Assembly (NCBI GenBank): GCA_025594325.1
Contig: JANHCV010000001.1
Location: 2,790,001-2,854,000, forward strand
Length of the DNA stretch: 64,000 bases
Direction of reading: 5' to 3'
Source: Blastocladiella emersonii ATCC 22665
Taxonomy: Eukaryota > Fungi > Blastocladiomycota
In this document: in pieces, positions 34,345-46,407 of the stretch
Position numbering within the stretch: the first letter of the stretch is position 1
Layout of the letters: every line of letters starts with the position of its first letter
The notes under the pieces: generated by a model
What the model was told of the DNA's origin: nothing
The model's database searches: none
Seen by the model: only the letters and a program-made list of their open reading frames with translations
Translations under genes and position numbers: made by a program

Positions 34345-35804
34345 ATGGAGGGCAACCCGCCGCCGACTTCCCCATCCTCGGCGTCCATGCCGGTGGTGCC
34401 GCTGCCGCAGCCGCCGGTCCCGCCGCAGCCGGGCGCGCAGGACGGCGCCAGCTCGGGCTCGGGCAACACCGGCATCAACGAGTCGACGCTGCGGCGCCAG
34501 ATCCTCGCCATCCAGCAGGACAAGTCGCTGCCCGACTCGGAAAAGGCGCGCCGCATCCAGCAGCTCATGTCGGGCAGCTTCGGCCAGAAGCACTGCAAGC
34601 CCGGCGGCGGGCCCAAGGCCATCCCCGTCTTCAACGAGCCCGGCCAGATCCGCGCCGAGGAGCGCGCCCCCATGTACCACGACGAGGAGAACGCCGTGTA
34701 CGGGTGCAAGCACTACATGCGCTCGGTCAAGCTGCAGTCGCACTGCTGCGGCAAGTGGGTCGTGTGCCGCTTCTGCCACGACGAGGTCTCGGACCACGCC
34801 ATCATCCGGTACGCTTCCTTTCTACGGTGCTCGCTCGGCCGACCGCTGACACCCACGACCGCGCCCGCAGCCAGAAGACCAAGCTCATGATGTGCATGCG
34901 GTGCTACCACATCCAGCCGTGCTCGCAGTTCTGCAGCAACGAGGTGTGCGGCGTCAAGGTGTCGCGCTACTACTGCAACGAGTGCAAGCTGTGGGACGAC
35001 GACCCCAAGAAGAACATCTACCACTGCTACGACTGCGGCATCTGCCGCATCGGCAAGGGGCTCGGCCACGACTACTTCCACTGCAAAAAGTGCAACGTGT
35101 GCATGGCCATTGGCCTCAAGGACCGCCACAAGTGCATCGAGCGCAACCTCGAGAGCGACTGCCCGATCTGCGGCGAGTACATGTTCACGTCGACCACGAC
35201 CGTGATCTTCATGGTTCGTTCCCCTCTCCCTCCTCGCGCGCGTGGTTACCCGACCGACTAGCTCACTCACTGTCCACTCTCTCGCCTGTAGCCGTGCGGC
35301 CACTGCATCCACCACAAGTGCTACCAGGAGCACATCCAGACGAGCTACACGTGCCCGACGTGCTGCAAGTCGCTCGGCAACATGTCCGAGTACTTTTCGC
35401 GCATCGAGCAGGCGCTCAAGCAGCACCAGATGCCGCCCGAGTACGCCAACCACGCCAGCCTCGTCTTCTGCAACGACTGCGAGGCCCGGTCGGTCGCTCC
35501 GTACCACTTCATGTACCACAAGTGCGGCGGGTCGATTGAGGTGGCCGAGCAGGTCGTCAACCAGACCACGGGCCAGCCCGAGACCCGCAAGGTCGCGCAC
35601 CCGTGCGGCTCCTACAACACCAAGGTGCTGCAGACTTACGTGCGCGGCACCGCCGACGAGGCCAGCGTCATGCTCCAGCTCGAGGCCGCCAACGCCGCCG
35701 GCGCCGCCACGCCCGTCCTCTCGTCCTCGCCAGCACCGAGCGCTACCACCTTTAACAACAACGGCGGCGGCGCCGCCCCGGTCAACGGCAACACTGGCTC
35801 GTGA
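34345..35804 (+). CDS. RCHY1: CHY zinc finger / RING E3 ligase (Pirh2-like)
   Basis: YGCKHYMR...CCGKWVVCRFCHDE, YYCNECKLWDDD, RING segment CPICGEYMFTS...PCGHCIHHKC...CPTC, zinc ribbon FCNDC. Two introns. Confidence 0.93.
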
Positions 35805-36302
35805 GCCGTCTTCTCCCCCACGCACACCACCCCTCAGCTCGACTTGCTCTCCCCCCTCCCCATACTCCCTCCCACACTACACTCTCCTCCCTCCATCCTC
35901 AACACACGCGTGATCCACGTTCCCCCTCCCCCTCGGTTACCCATGATCTCCCGCTGCTGCTCGCCTAATCCATTCCTATCGCCCCCTCGTCGCCGCCCGC
36001 CTCCGTCTTGTCCCGCCCCACTCTCGCTCCCGTCTGTTGTCCTCGTCGTCGTCTTCCAGTCCATGTTTTTGATATATTCATTCTCTAAGGTCCCCCTCTC
36101 GCTGGTGGCACTCGGTGAGCAGCGCGGCGCGACGACGCGTCCAGGCCAGGAATAGCCGTGGGGCCAATCGACGCGTCGTTGGGCGGGGTGCGCCACACGC
36201 GAGCGCTTCGCCACTTCGCCGCGCCGGCCGCCCTCCCTCTCTCCCGCTGAACGAAAAGGGACCACCCACCACCACGCTCGCCACGAGCTAGACCACCAAT
36301 CC

Positions 36303-39300
36303 ATGCATCAACTGCCGTGGCGATCCGGAGCACCCTACATTCCGCGCCGCGCTCCCCCTGCCGCCAACAGCAGCAGCACCAACGCGTCGTCGTCGACGCG
36401 CTCCCCACCCGCAGCTGCCGCCACCGTGGGCGCCTCGCTGTCATCGACGCCCGCCGAACCCGCGGACTCGCTGCCCCGGCCCTCGTCCGACTCCCAAGAG
36501 ATGGCCTCCTCGCCCGTGTCGCCGACCGTCGCGGGCACGCCGTCGTCGCCGTCGGCGGTCGCGCCGCCGCGCTCCTCGTCGCCCGGAGCGCCCGGGTTCG
36601 CGCCGCCCGGGACCAGCGCTATGGCCAACTGGCCGCTGCTCAACCTGCGCGAGTGCCTGCCCGACCCGCCGCTGCACCGCAAGGCCATCGAGGACGCCGA
36701 GGCCGGGCTCGCGCAGTTCGAGGGGCTCATGAAGTCGCTCATCAAGTCGGTCCGGTCGAGTCTCGATGCGGCTCGGAGTACACTCGCGTGTCGTGTGTGT
36801 GGTGGGCGCGGGGCTAACGGCTCGTGTGCGTGTGTGTAGCCATGAACGAGAAGCAGCAGAGCATGGTCAGTGAGCTCGCCCGCGTCACGCGCGCCGTGTC
36901 CGACGGCGACGCTCAGTTTGACCCCTTCATTGACCGCCTCGAGACGGAGCTGTCGATGCTCAACGAGCGGCACGCGTCCATGGTACGCGTTCATCGTGGC
37001 AGTATGCGCGGGTGGGGCCACTCCCGCTGACTTGTTCCTCGTTGACATGTAGGTCAACCTGACGCAGCAGATCTTCCTCGAGGAGATCGAGCACTTCCTC
37101 GCCAACGACGTGAGCTCGCTCAAGGTACACCGCGCACCCGAGGTCGGCCCACCGCCGCGAAACTCACCCCGTGCACCAACGCGTAGGACGTGCGCAAAAA
37201 GTTCAACAACGCGAGCGACGCGCTGGACTCGGCGCTCGACAAGTACCTGAGCAAGAAGGCGCACGACGCGAGCATCCCCGAGTCGGCGCGCGACGTGGCC
37301 GATGCGCGCAAGGCGTTCCACGAGGCGTCGCTCGCGTACTGCACGCGGCTCAACGCGGTGCGCGCGACGCGCAAGACGGACCTGATGCGCCGCGTCATCG
37401 ACATGGTCCTGCTGACCAACGCCTACCACAACCAGGCCTACGACCTGCTCAAGGGGTTCATGCAGCGCGTCCACACCTTCGGCGAGGCCGCGCGCCCGCT
37501 CGAGGACGAGGCTCGCACCCAGAACGCTGCCATGGACCGCCTGCGCACGCGTCTCCTCGAGTCGCAGGCCAACACGTACAACCCGATGAACAAGGGGATC
37601 TTCGACAGCTTCAAGAGCACCGGCCAGCCCGCGCCGCCCACGCCCGCGAGCCAGCCCGACCCCGACGACGCGGGGAACCACGACTGGGCGTTTGTTGATC
37701 AGGAGCCCACGCTCAAGGCCGGGTACCTGCTCAAGAAGAACCAGGCGCAGCGCATGCGCGTCACCTGGAGCCGCCGCTACTTTGCGATCCGCGGCGAGCT
37801 GCTCGTCTACTCGCAGCGCGACAAGGATATCGAGCCCGTCGTCGCTGTCAACCTCCGTACGTCGCACTCGCGCTGTACGACTCGTTTGCTTCGCTGACCC
37901 GAGCTCGATGGTGTCCAGGTCTCTCGACGGTCAAGCCGTGTGATGAGCGGCGCTACACGTTCCAGATCATCTCGTCGCAAAAGTACGTCGGCGCCGTCGC
38001 TACAGCTCCCGCGCGTGCTCACCATCATTCCCCCGTAGGACGTACACGCTGCAGGCCGAGAACGACGAGGACATGAACAGCTGGATCGAGGCGCTGCAAA
38101 AGGGGATCGGCAACGCGCTGCACTCGGCGGGCCCTCCGTCGCCGCACGGCACGTCGCGCACGTCGGGCGGCAAGAAGGAGGTGCTGGGCAAGCAGCAGCT
38201 GCAGGCCGAGGAGGTGTCGCCGCAGATCCTCGAGGCGAACCGCGCCATGGAGGAGCAGAAGCAGGTCGTGGCGCGGATCCGCGCCGTCGATGGCAACAAC
38301 GCGTGCTGCGACTGCGGCGCCGAGGACCCCGAGTGGGCCGCCATCAACTTGGGGGTCGTCGTCTGCATCGAGTGCTCGGGCATCCACCGCAGCCTCGGCG
38401 TGCACATCAGCAAGGTGCGGTCGCTGATCCTCGACAAGTGGGAGCCAGACAACGTCGAGGTGATGCTGCGCATGGGCAACGCCAAGGTCAACGCCGTGTT
38501 CCTGCGGCTCGCCAAGACGAGCGGCGCCGAGTACGCGGCGCTCGCGCCCACGGCCGACCGGCCCACGCGCGTCAAGCACATTTCATCCAAGTACGTGGCC
38601 AAGGAGTGGATCGCGCGCGACAGCGTGCTCGCGCAGCTCGAGGGCGCGTCGTCGGCCGTGACGCCCGGGTCGCCGCCGTCCCTGCACGAGGCGTTCTGGG
38701 ACGCGGTGCGCCACGGCGACCTGGCGCGCGCGCTGGCCCTGCTCGCCGTCGGCGCCAGCGTCGACTGGCAGCACCCGGCGCACCAGTACCGGTCGCCGCT
38801 GCACCAGGCGCTGCGCGAGGGCGACAACGTCGCGGCCGAGTTCCTCCTGCAGTGGCAGTGCAACGTCAACCTCCAGGACAAGGACGGGTGGACCGCGCTC
38901 CACTACGCGGCCGACGCCAAGAACAACCAGATGGCGCACCGCCTCGTGCGCCGGTGCGGCGCCGCATGGGACGTCAAGGACGCCATGAAGCGCACCCCGC
39001 TCGATATCGCCACGGCCAAGGAGGACCCGCTCATCACCACCATGCTGCGCCTCATCGCCCTCGAGCCGTCGCACGGGTCGTCCAAGTTCGGCATCAACGA
39101 GGCGCTCAGCGACACCAACGCCAAGGGCGCGGGCGGCGCTGCGCCGCTGAGCGGGGCCGGGTCGACCACGTCGAGCTCGATTGCGCGCAAGCCCGTCCCG
39201 TCGGCGGCCACGGCCCCCGCCTTTGCCGCGCCTGCGCAGGAGGAAGCGTTTGCGACCGCGTGGAACGACAACGCGTTCGCCGCGCCCACGGGCCCCGTCG

Positions 39301-39515
39301 GCAGCGGCGCTTCCGCGAACATGGCCGGATCCATGTCGGCGTCGTCGTCGTACTTTGCCACCAGCGCCAGCATGGAGCCGAGCGGGTTCGAGACGTCGGT
39401 CCCCTCGGCTGCCTCGCCGTCGCCCAGCGCCTTTGCGCGGCCAGCCGCGGGTGCGAGTCCGGTGCCCAAGACAACGGCAGCCGCGGCTGTGCTGGAGGAG
39501 AACCCGTGGGGTTGA
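36303..39515 (+). CDS. BAR-PH-ArfGAP-ankyrin protein (ACAP / centaurin-beta type)
   Basis: DPPLHRKAI BAR start; PH domain KAGYLLKK...WSRRYF; ArfGAP CCDCGAEDPEWAAINLGVVVCIECSGIHRSLG...SKVRSL; ankyrin repeats SPLHQA, TALHYA, TPLDIA. Confidence 0.93.
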
Positions 39516-39888
39516 TTGATACCGTCCCTTTGAGGGTCACTTGCTATAATAACGTACATTGTTTCTTTGTTCGTTCGCTCGCTGGATGCGCCTCGGAATG
39601 TGTCGCTCGGAATGTCTCGCGCCTTGAAACGCGACGCGTCTCAAAACACGTCTCGCAGCGGAAACGTGACCGCGTGTCGTGTCTCGCATTTTCCCTCGTC
39701 TCTCAGCGGCCCGCTGCCCTTCAACCGAGGACTGCAACCCCAAGCCAGATCCGCGCATACCTCCAACTCCATGGGCGACTTGGCTTTCCGCTGCTCTCGC
39801 GCATTCCGCGAGCTCTCTCCACTACATGCTATGCAACTTGCTCGCGCATCTACGAAACTAGTCAACGCTTGACGCACACAACTACGCC

Positions 39889-41556
39889 ATGTCGGACAAC
39901 ACAGTCCAGCGCCGCATTTTCAACAGCGGCAGCGCGGCCACCGACGACTCGGGCGGCGGCGGCGGCGGCGGGAGCGGTAACGCGTTGGCCAACGCGCCGG
40001 GCGAGCCGGCCAAGTTCGGCCTCCTGCGCGCGGCGCGCCGCGAGTGTCGGCGCATTGTGCCGCCCATCCCGCTCGCGCTCGTGCTGGCCGTCTTCATCGG
40101 GTCGGTGCAGGTGCTCGTCGGCCTGCTGGCGTGGAACTTCACGTACACGTCGGGGCAGCGGACGACGCTCAACTTCTCGACGGACCTGCAGCGCGAGCTG
40201 CTGGCGCACGCCGTCAGCAAGCTGCGGCTCAACATCAACACGGCCGAGCGGCTCGTGACCGTCCAGCGCGCCATGTGGGCGTCGCGGTCGTTTGGCGTGA
40301 CGAGCGCCGCGCTCAAGAACCAGACCATGACCGAGCTGCTGTCGACGCTGGTCCAGTACAAGGACATGGTGGCCTCGCAGACGTTCACGACGGCGGCCGG
40401 CGGGCTCAACGGGTACTACGTGTCCAAGGACGCGGTCAAGGGGGTTTACGAGTACACGCAGTGGTCGACCGACGCGCAGGGCAACTACGTCCAGGCGACC
40501 ATCAACCCGGACCGCCCCGGCACGCCGCTCGCCATCACCGACTCGATGGCCGGGTACAACGCGACGGGCGAGCTGTGGGTCACGCAGGTCCAGCCGCCGC
40601 GCGTGCGGTCGCCCGCGGTTTGGTCCAACGCGTACGGGTGGCAGAATATCCTCTGGTTGACGTTGTCGCTCGCGCTCTTCGACTCGGACGGGTCGACGTA
40701 TCTCGGCGTCGGGTGCACGGACCTCGACCTCGGGTTCATCTCGGGCATCCTCAAGGACATTCTCGCCAAGAGCACCATCAAGTCGGCCACCAACGCCACG
40801 TCGAGCCAGACCGCCGCCATGTACGTCTTCGAGGCCGCCACCGACGCCATCATCGGGACCTCGGTCACGGGCCAGATGCTCCTCACCACGGACTCGACGG
40901 GCGTCGACCGGTCCCTGACGCTCGCCGAGCTCGGGTCCGTCGACACGCGGCTCTCGGCCATCAACAGCTTCGTGCGGTCCAAGAACATGCGCCTCGGCGA
41001 CCAGGACCGCTGGTCGTTCACGATCCCGGGGTACTACGTCGAGACGTCGATTGTGACTTCGTGTACGTGTTTCGCTCCTCGGCACCCGCGTCCGTTGCTG
41101 ACCTCCCCGCGCGTTCGTGTAGCCAACCCGGCGAGCAACGTGCGCTGGGTGATCGTGCAAGCTCTGCCGGACGACACGATCCTGGGCGTGATCCGCGCGG
41201 GGACGAGCCAGACGGCGGCGACGGCGGGCGCGCTGGTGGGCGTCGGGATCATCCTGTCGACGGCGTTTGCGCTCATGGTGGCGCGCAGCCTGCGGCGCAT
41301 CTCCGAGGACCTCGACAAGCTGGCGCGGTTCGAGTTCAACGCCGTGATCAGCAACAAGGCCGAGCTGCGCAACACGTCCATGATCGGCGAGGTGTTCGAC
41401 ATCCAGGCCGCTTTCTTCGAGATGGTCCGTGCCTTCTCGCGCGACATGCGCGATAGTCGCCGCACCTCGGGCGACCGCACGTCCATGACGGGCGGCGGCG
41501 GCGCGACCACGACGCAGACGGGGACCAACTATAACGGAACCCGGACGACGCATTGA
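39889..41556 (+). CDS. TM-dCache_1-TM-HAMP sensor-like membrane protein lacking a catalytic output domain
   Basis: TM1 IPLALVLAVFIGSVQVLVGLLAW; dCache-like YNATGELW...WSNAY...LGVGCTDLDLGFIS; TM2 GALVGVGIILSTAFALMV; HAMP-like RSLRRISEDLDKLARFEF...IGEVFDIQAAFFEM. 60-nt intron at 41063-41122. Confidence 0.7.
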   Translation: MSDNTVQRRIFNSGSAATDDSGGGGGGGSGNALANAPGEPAKFGLLRAARRECRRIVPPIPLALVLAVFIGSVQVLVGLLAWNFTYTSGQRTTLNFSTDLQRELLAHAVSKLRLNINTAERLVTVQRAMWASRSFGVTSAALKNQTMTELLSTLVQYKDMVASQTFTTAAGGLNGYYVSKDAVKGVYEYTQWSTDAQGNYVQATINPDRPGTPLAITDSMAGYNATGELWVTQVQPPRVRSPAVWSNAYGWQNILWLTLSLALFDSDGSTYLGVGCTDLDLGFISGILKDILAKSTIKSATNATSSQTAAMYVFEAATDAIIGTSVTGQMLLTTDSTGVDRSLTLAELGSVDTRLSAINSFVRSKNMRLGDQDRWSFTIPGYYVETSIVTSCTCFAPRHPRPLLTSPRVRVANPASNVRWVIVQALPDDTILGVIRAGTSQTAATAGALVGVGIILSTAFALMVARSLRRISEDLDKLARFEFNAVISNKAELRNTSMIGEVFDIQAAFFEMVRAFSRDMRDSRRTSGDRTSMTGGGGATTTQTGTNYNGTRTTH

Positions 41557-41646
41557 ACTGGTAGTTGTGGCCGTCGTGACGAGCGAGGACGATACCAAGA
41601 CTCTTTAGAGAGAAAATACACGATTGCGATTGATAACTACTACATG

Positions 41647-44130
41647 TCATCGTCCAGCGCGGTGTGCGCTCGGCCTCCTGTCCTGCGCGGAGCCCGTCCT
41701 GACAGGCGATGGCGGCGCTTGCGCCGGGGCTGCAGGTGAAGCCGCCTCGACGATGACGGCGTCGGCGACCGTGGCCAGTGCGATCACGTCACGGACCGGG
41801 TGGAACGCGATGGCGGTCGCGCGGCCGGGCTCGCCCGTGTCAAACGTGAGGAACGCGGTTCGGGTCGACGTACGCAGTCCGAGCGTCGTGAGCACCCAGC
41901 TACGAAGCACGCGAAAATGAAGTCAGTCGTAATTCAAACCGTCAAGATGAGCGACGCGTACATGGACCCGTCGTCGAGCGGCAACAGGACGTGCGACGTG
42001 CAGATCGAGACGCACGGGCGGCACGCGACGCTGGCGCGGCCGGGTACGCTGAACTCCTGGAGCTTGCGGTACAGGTAGTCGAACATGACGATACGGCGGC
42101 GGCCGACGACCACGATGCGCTTGGATTTGGACAGTGTGGCCACGAGCAGCACGGCGCCCTCCTGTAGCGCGCAAACGGGATCAGCAATGGACCGACGCGA
42201 GACTGCTCGAAATTCGTACCATGACCCCCTCGAGAACCTTGAGACACTCGAGCCGCGCGCCGACCGCCAGCACGCTCTGCGTCGCGCGCGTGAGCCCGTT
42301 GCTGTTGGACAGGCCGGGCGAGAACTCGCTGGCGACGGACGGGGACTGGACCATGGACTCGGCCCCGCTCGCGTTGCCGCCGCCGAGGCCGCTGAAGGCC
42401 CAGATGACGACGTTGCCGAGCGCGTCGGCCGAGAAGACGCGGCGGCCGTCGCGGTCCCACGACACCTCCACGATGGGCGCGACGTGGACCGTGGCCCGCT
42501 CACGCGGTTTGCTTGACGCCGTGGCCGGCAGAGACCAGCGGCGCAGGATGCCGTCTTTGCCGCCCGTGAGAATCTGACTACACGTCGCGGGTAGCGTTAG
42601 CGGAGGAGCTGGGGATGTGGAGCGAATGCTCGTACCGGCTGTCTTGACCGACGTCGGGCCGAACGGCGAGCACGTTCACGGCGCACGGGTGGATGAGGAT
42701 GGTGCGCACGGTGGTCGAGTCGGCAAAGTTCCACACCATCATCGAGCAGTCGGATGAGACCGAGTACAGCTCGCTAGACGTTCCACGGTAAGCGCCGCGC
42801 CCATCAAGTCTCGTGACCTCGCGTACCTCGAGTCAGCGCTCCACGCGAGCTGGTTGATGACGTCCTGGTGTCCGACGAGCTCGATCTCGACGCGGTCCAT
42901 GTTAGCGAGCTCGTAGACGCGAATCACATGCTGTCCCGCCGCGGCGCCGAGCAGGGTCGACGCCGTGTGGACGGCGCACGCGAGGTAGAGGCCGTTGGTC
43001 GAGAAGGCCACGGCGGTGCACTGGCGCTCGATGGCCACGCGCTGGCGCGGGACGGTCGGGAGGCGACACGGCAGGAGCGGGTCGCGGCGGGTCGTCGTCA
43101 CGTCCTATCAGGGTCGAATGTGAGTTGAGAGAGGGATGTGGGAGCGCACAAGTGAGGTACCGGAGCTGCGAGGTTGAGCACGCTGTTGCGGAGCAGGTTC
43201 ACGGACGAGGTCGGCGCAATGCGCTTCTTGCTGAGGCGGAGCGTCGCGGCGAGCTGCTCGTAGGTGAAGCGCGGGGCTTCGATCTCAAAGTCGGTCTCGG
43301 GGCGGCGCAGGACGCGCACGGGTTCGGGTCGGTCGACTTGCGCAATCTGGATTGCCCTACGCGGAACGTAGTCAGCGTTGAGTCAGGCACGGAGGCGGTA
43401 GGGCGAGTACAATGTGACATCGTGCGGCTTCTTTGCCCTCGCAGCAAGCTCAAACGCGGCCGGTGCAGCGGGAAACGCCTCACTCGACGACGCACGGCGA
43501 AACGGCAGCTTGAGCGGGGGCGAGTAGAACTGGAGGTTGACCCACGGCGAGCCAGCTGCCGCGTCTGGCGAGGGCGGCGTGTAGCGAGCGACGGCCACGA
43601 GCCGCATGCCAGACTCGACGCAGGCCGCCGACTCGAGTTCCAGCAGCTCGACCAGCAGCGTGGTGCCGGCCTCGCAGCGGGCGAGGTCGTCTTCGACGGC
43701 GTCAAAAAGCAGGTCCTCGTCCCAGCGCAGGCGGTACGAGTCGCGCTCAATCTGCTGCACGCGGGTGAGCTGCGGCGCGAGGAACGATGGCGGCTGGGAG
43801 TCGCGGTCGGCCGCGAGGTAGCGGCGAGTCGCATTGTCTACTTTGTCGAGAAGTTCAGCTCTCCGGAACAGCGGTGCTCGCAGCTCGCGCGACCGCACCG
43901 ATCCAGTGCACCTTGAGCAGGTACCGGCCCGCGACGCTCAGCTTGGACGTCGAGGTGCAGACAATGGGGGACGTCTCACCGACGCGGACAGCATAAATCC
44001 TTGCAACAGGTCGCTCATCCGCCACAGGATCCGCGACGACCTCGGCCGGTACGGGCTCTTCCTGGGTGGCATCGGGAACGGGCAGGCCGCCGTTCCGGAA
44101 GGCGGCGCGGGCCAGCAGGGTCTTGAGCAT
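41647..44130 (-). CDS. AHI1: Jouberin/AHI1-like ciliary transition-zone protein (C2-like + WD40), no SH3 detected
   Basis: YLLKVHW, RWDEDLLF...LLVELLEL, VNLQFYSPP, then CRLPT...AFSTNGLYLACA...IRVYEL...LVGHQDVINQLAWS..., resembling AHI1 as recalled. Several introns; start codon uncertain. Confidence 0.7.
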
Positions 44131-44420
44131 GGCGTTGCGCAGAGTCGCGCGGCGTTACATGGCGTGCACTGGCTGGGTTGCGGACTCGAGAAAAGCGCGG
44201 GGATGAACGACGCGAAGTCGCGTTTCAGCCCACGTGGCGTCACGCCGCCGTGTTCGGCGGGCGCGCGTCGCCGGGTTTTGCTTTCTTCGGAGAGGGGCGG
44301 CGCGGCCGCGCGCGCGACGCGTTGCTCGTCCGTGTCGGCCGCCATCGCTCACGACCTGCACCCCGCCAGCTCGCGCAACTGGGCGAACACCACGTATCGA
44401 CACCCCGTATACACGCAACC

Positions 44421-46083
44421 ATGCCGCACGGAGGCTCGCCCCCGATCAACGACCCGCGCATCTCGGCCGCCGAGGCGTTCGCGCTGCACGCCGCCGCCGT
44501 GACGCGCGACTACACGCTCAAGCCGCGCCTCGGTACGCTTGCGTGCTGCCGTGTCCCTGCGCATGGCAACGACTGACGTCCCCTTAAACTGTCCAGACTA
44601 CCGCACCGTGTCGGGCGTCAACGGCCCGCTCGTCATCCTCGACAACGTCAAGTTCCCCAAGTTCAACGAGATTGTCGAGCTGACGCTGCCCGACGGCACC
44701 AAGCGCAGCGGCCAGGTGCTCGAGGTGAGCGGCAAGAAGGCCGTGGTGCAGGTCTTCGAGGGCACGTCGGGCGTCGACGCCAAGGCCACCCACGTCGAGT
44801 TCACGGGCGACACCATGAAGATGCCCGTGTCCGAGGACATGCTGGGCCGCGTCTTCAACGGCTCGGGCAAGCCCATCGACAAGGGGCCCAAGGTCTTTGC
44901 CGACGACTACCTCGACATCATGGGCCAGCCCATCAACCCCTCGTCGCGCGTCTACCCCGAGGAGATGATCCAGACGGGCATCTCGGCCATCGACACCATG
45001 AACTCGATCGCCCGCGGCCAGAAGATCCCCATCTTCTCCGCCGCCGGCCTGCCGCACAACGAGATCGCCGCCCAAATCTGCCGCCAGGCCGGCCTCGTGC
45101 GCAAGAACGACCTCAGCAAGGGCGTGCTCGACGACCACGAGGACAACTTTGCCATCGTGTTCGGCGCCATGGGCGTCAACATGGAGACGGCCCGCTTCTT
45201 CAAGCAGGAGTTCGAGGAGTCGGGCTCGACCGTGTCGCTGTTCATGAACCTCGGCAACGACCCGACCATCGAGCGCATCATCACCCCGCGCCTCGCCCTC
45301 ACCACCGCCGAGTACTTTGCGTACCAGCTCGAGAAGCACGTGCTCGTCATCCTCACGGACATGTCGAGTTACGCCGACGCGCTGCGCGAGGTGTCGGCCG
45401 CGCGCGAGGAGGTGCCCGGCCGCCGCGGGTACCCCGGTTACATGTACACGGATCTGTCGACCATTTACGAGCGCGCGGGCCGTGTCGAGGGCCGCAACGG
45501 GTCCATCACGCAGATCCCGATTCTCACCATGCCCAACGACGACATCACCCACCCGATCCCGGACCTGACGGGGTACATCACCGAGGGCCAGATCTTCATT
45601 GACCGCCAGCTGCACAACCGCCAGATCTACCCGCCCATCAACGTGCTGCCCTCGCTGTCGCGGCTCATGAAGTCGGCCATTGGCGAGGGCATGACGCGCC
45701 GCGACCACGGCGACGTGTCCAACCAGCTGTACGCCAAGTACGCGATTGGCCGCGACGCGGCCGCCATGAAGGCCGTGGTCGGCGAGGAGGCGCTCAACAA
45801 CGAGGACAAGCTGTCGCTCGAGTTCCTCGACAAGTTCGAGAAGCAGTTCATTGCCCAGGGCTACTACGAGTCGCGCACCATCTACGAGTCGCTCGACCTC
45901 GCCTGGTCGCTCCTCCGCGTCTTCCCCAAGGAGCTGCTCAACCGTATCTCGCCAAAGTACATCCAGGAGTTTTACTCGCGCGAGCGCAACCGCGCCGCCA
46001 CCGCCGCCGCCAACCCGCAGCTCCAGCAGCAGTCGGCGCAGCAGCAGCAGCAGCAGCCCGCGGCGCCCGCGGCCTCGAGCTAA
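44421..46083 (+). CDS. VMA2: V-type H+-ATPase subunit B
   Basis: [69 protein letters not shown]. One intron ~44533-44597. Short poly-Q C-terminal tail. Confidence 0.98.
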
Positions 46084-46407
46084 GTTTCTCGTGTCTCGCA
46101 GTCCTTCTCCGTGTCCCTCTCGCGGTCGCGTGTTCGTGTCGTTGATGCCATACATTTCATTCAATACCAGTTCTGTGCAATATCTCCTCGTCATAGTCTC
46201 GCGGCCGACCCGCGGCCGACCCACACACCCGTCCACGGCCTGCAGTCTTCTCGCGGCCAGACGTGGTTTTCCCTGCCCTTGCCGACCGACCGACCGCGGG
46301 CCACGCACGTCCTGCTCGACGGTCGGGTCGGTCGGTCGCGCTGGGAAAACCACATCAGGCCGTTAAAAGTCGGCAGGCCGTGGCCGGGCCCCATTCCCCC
46401 GCGAAGG

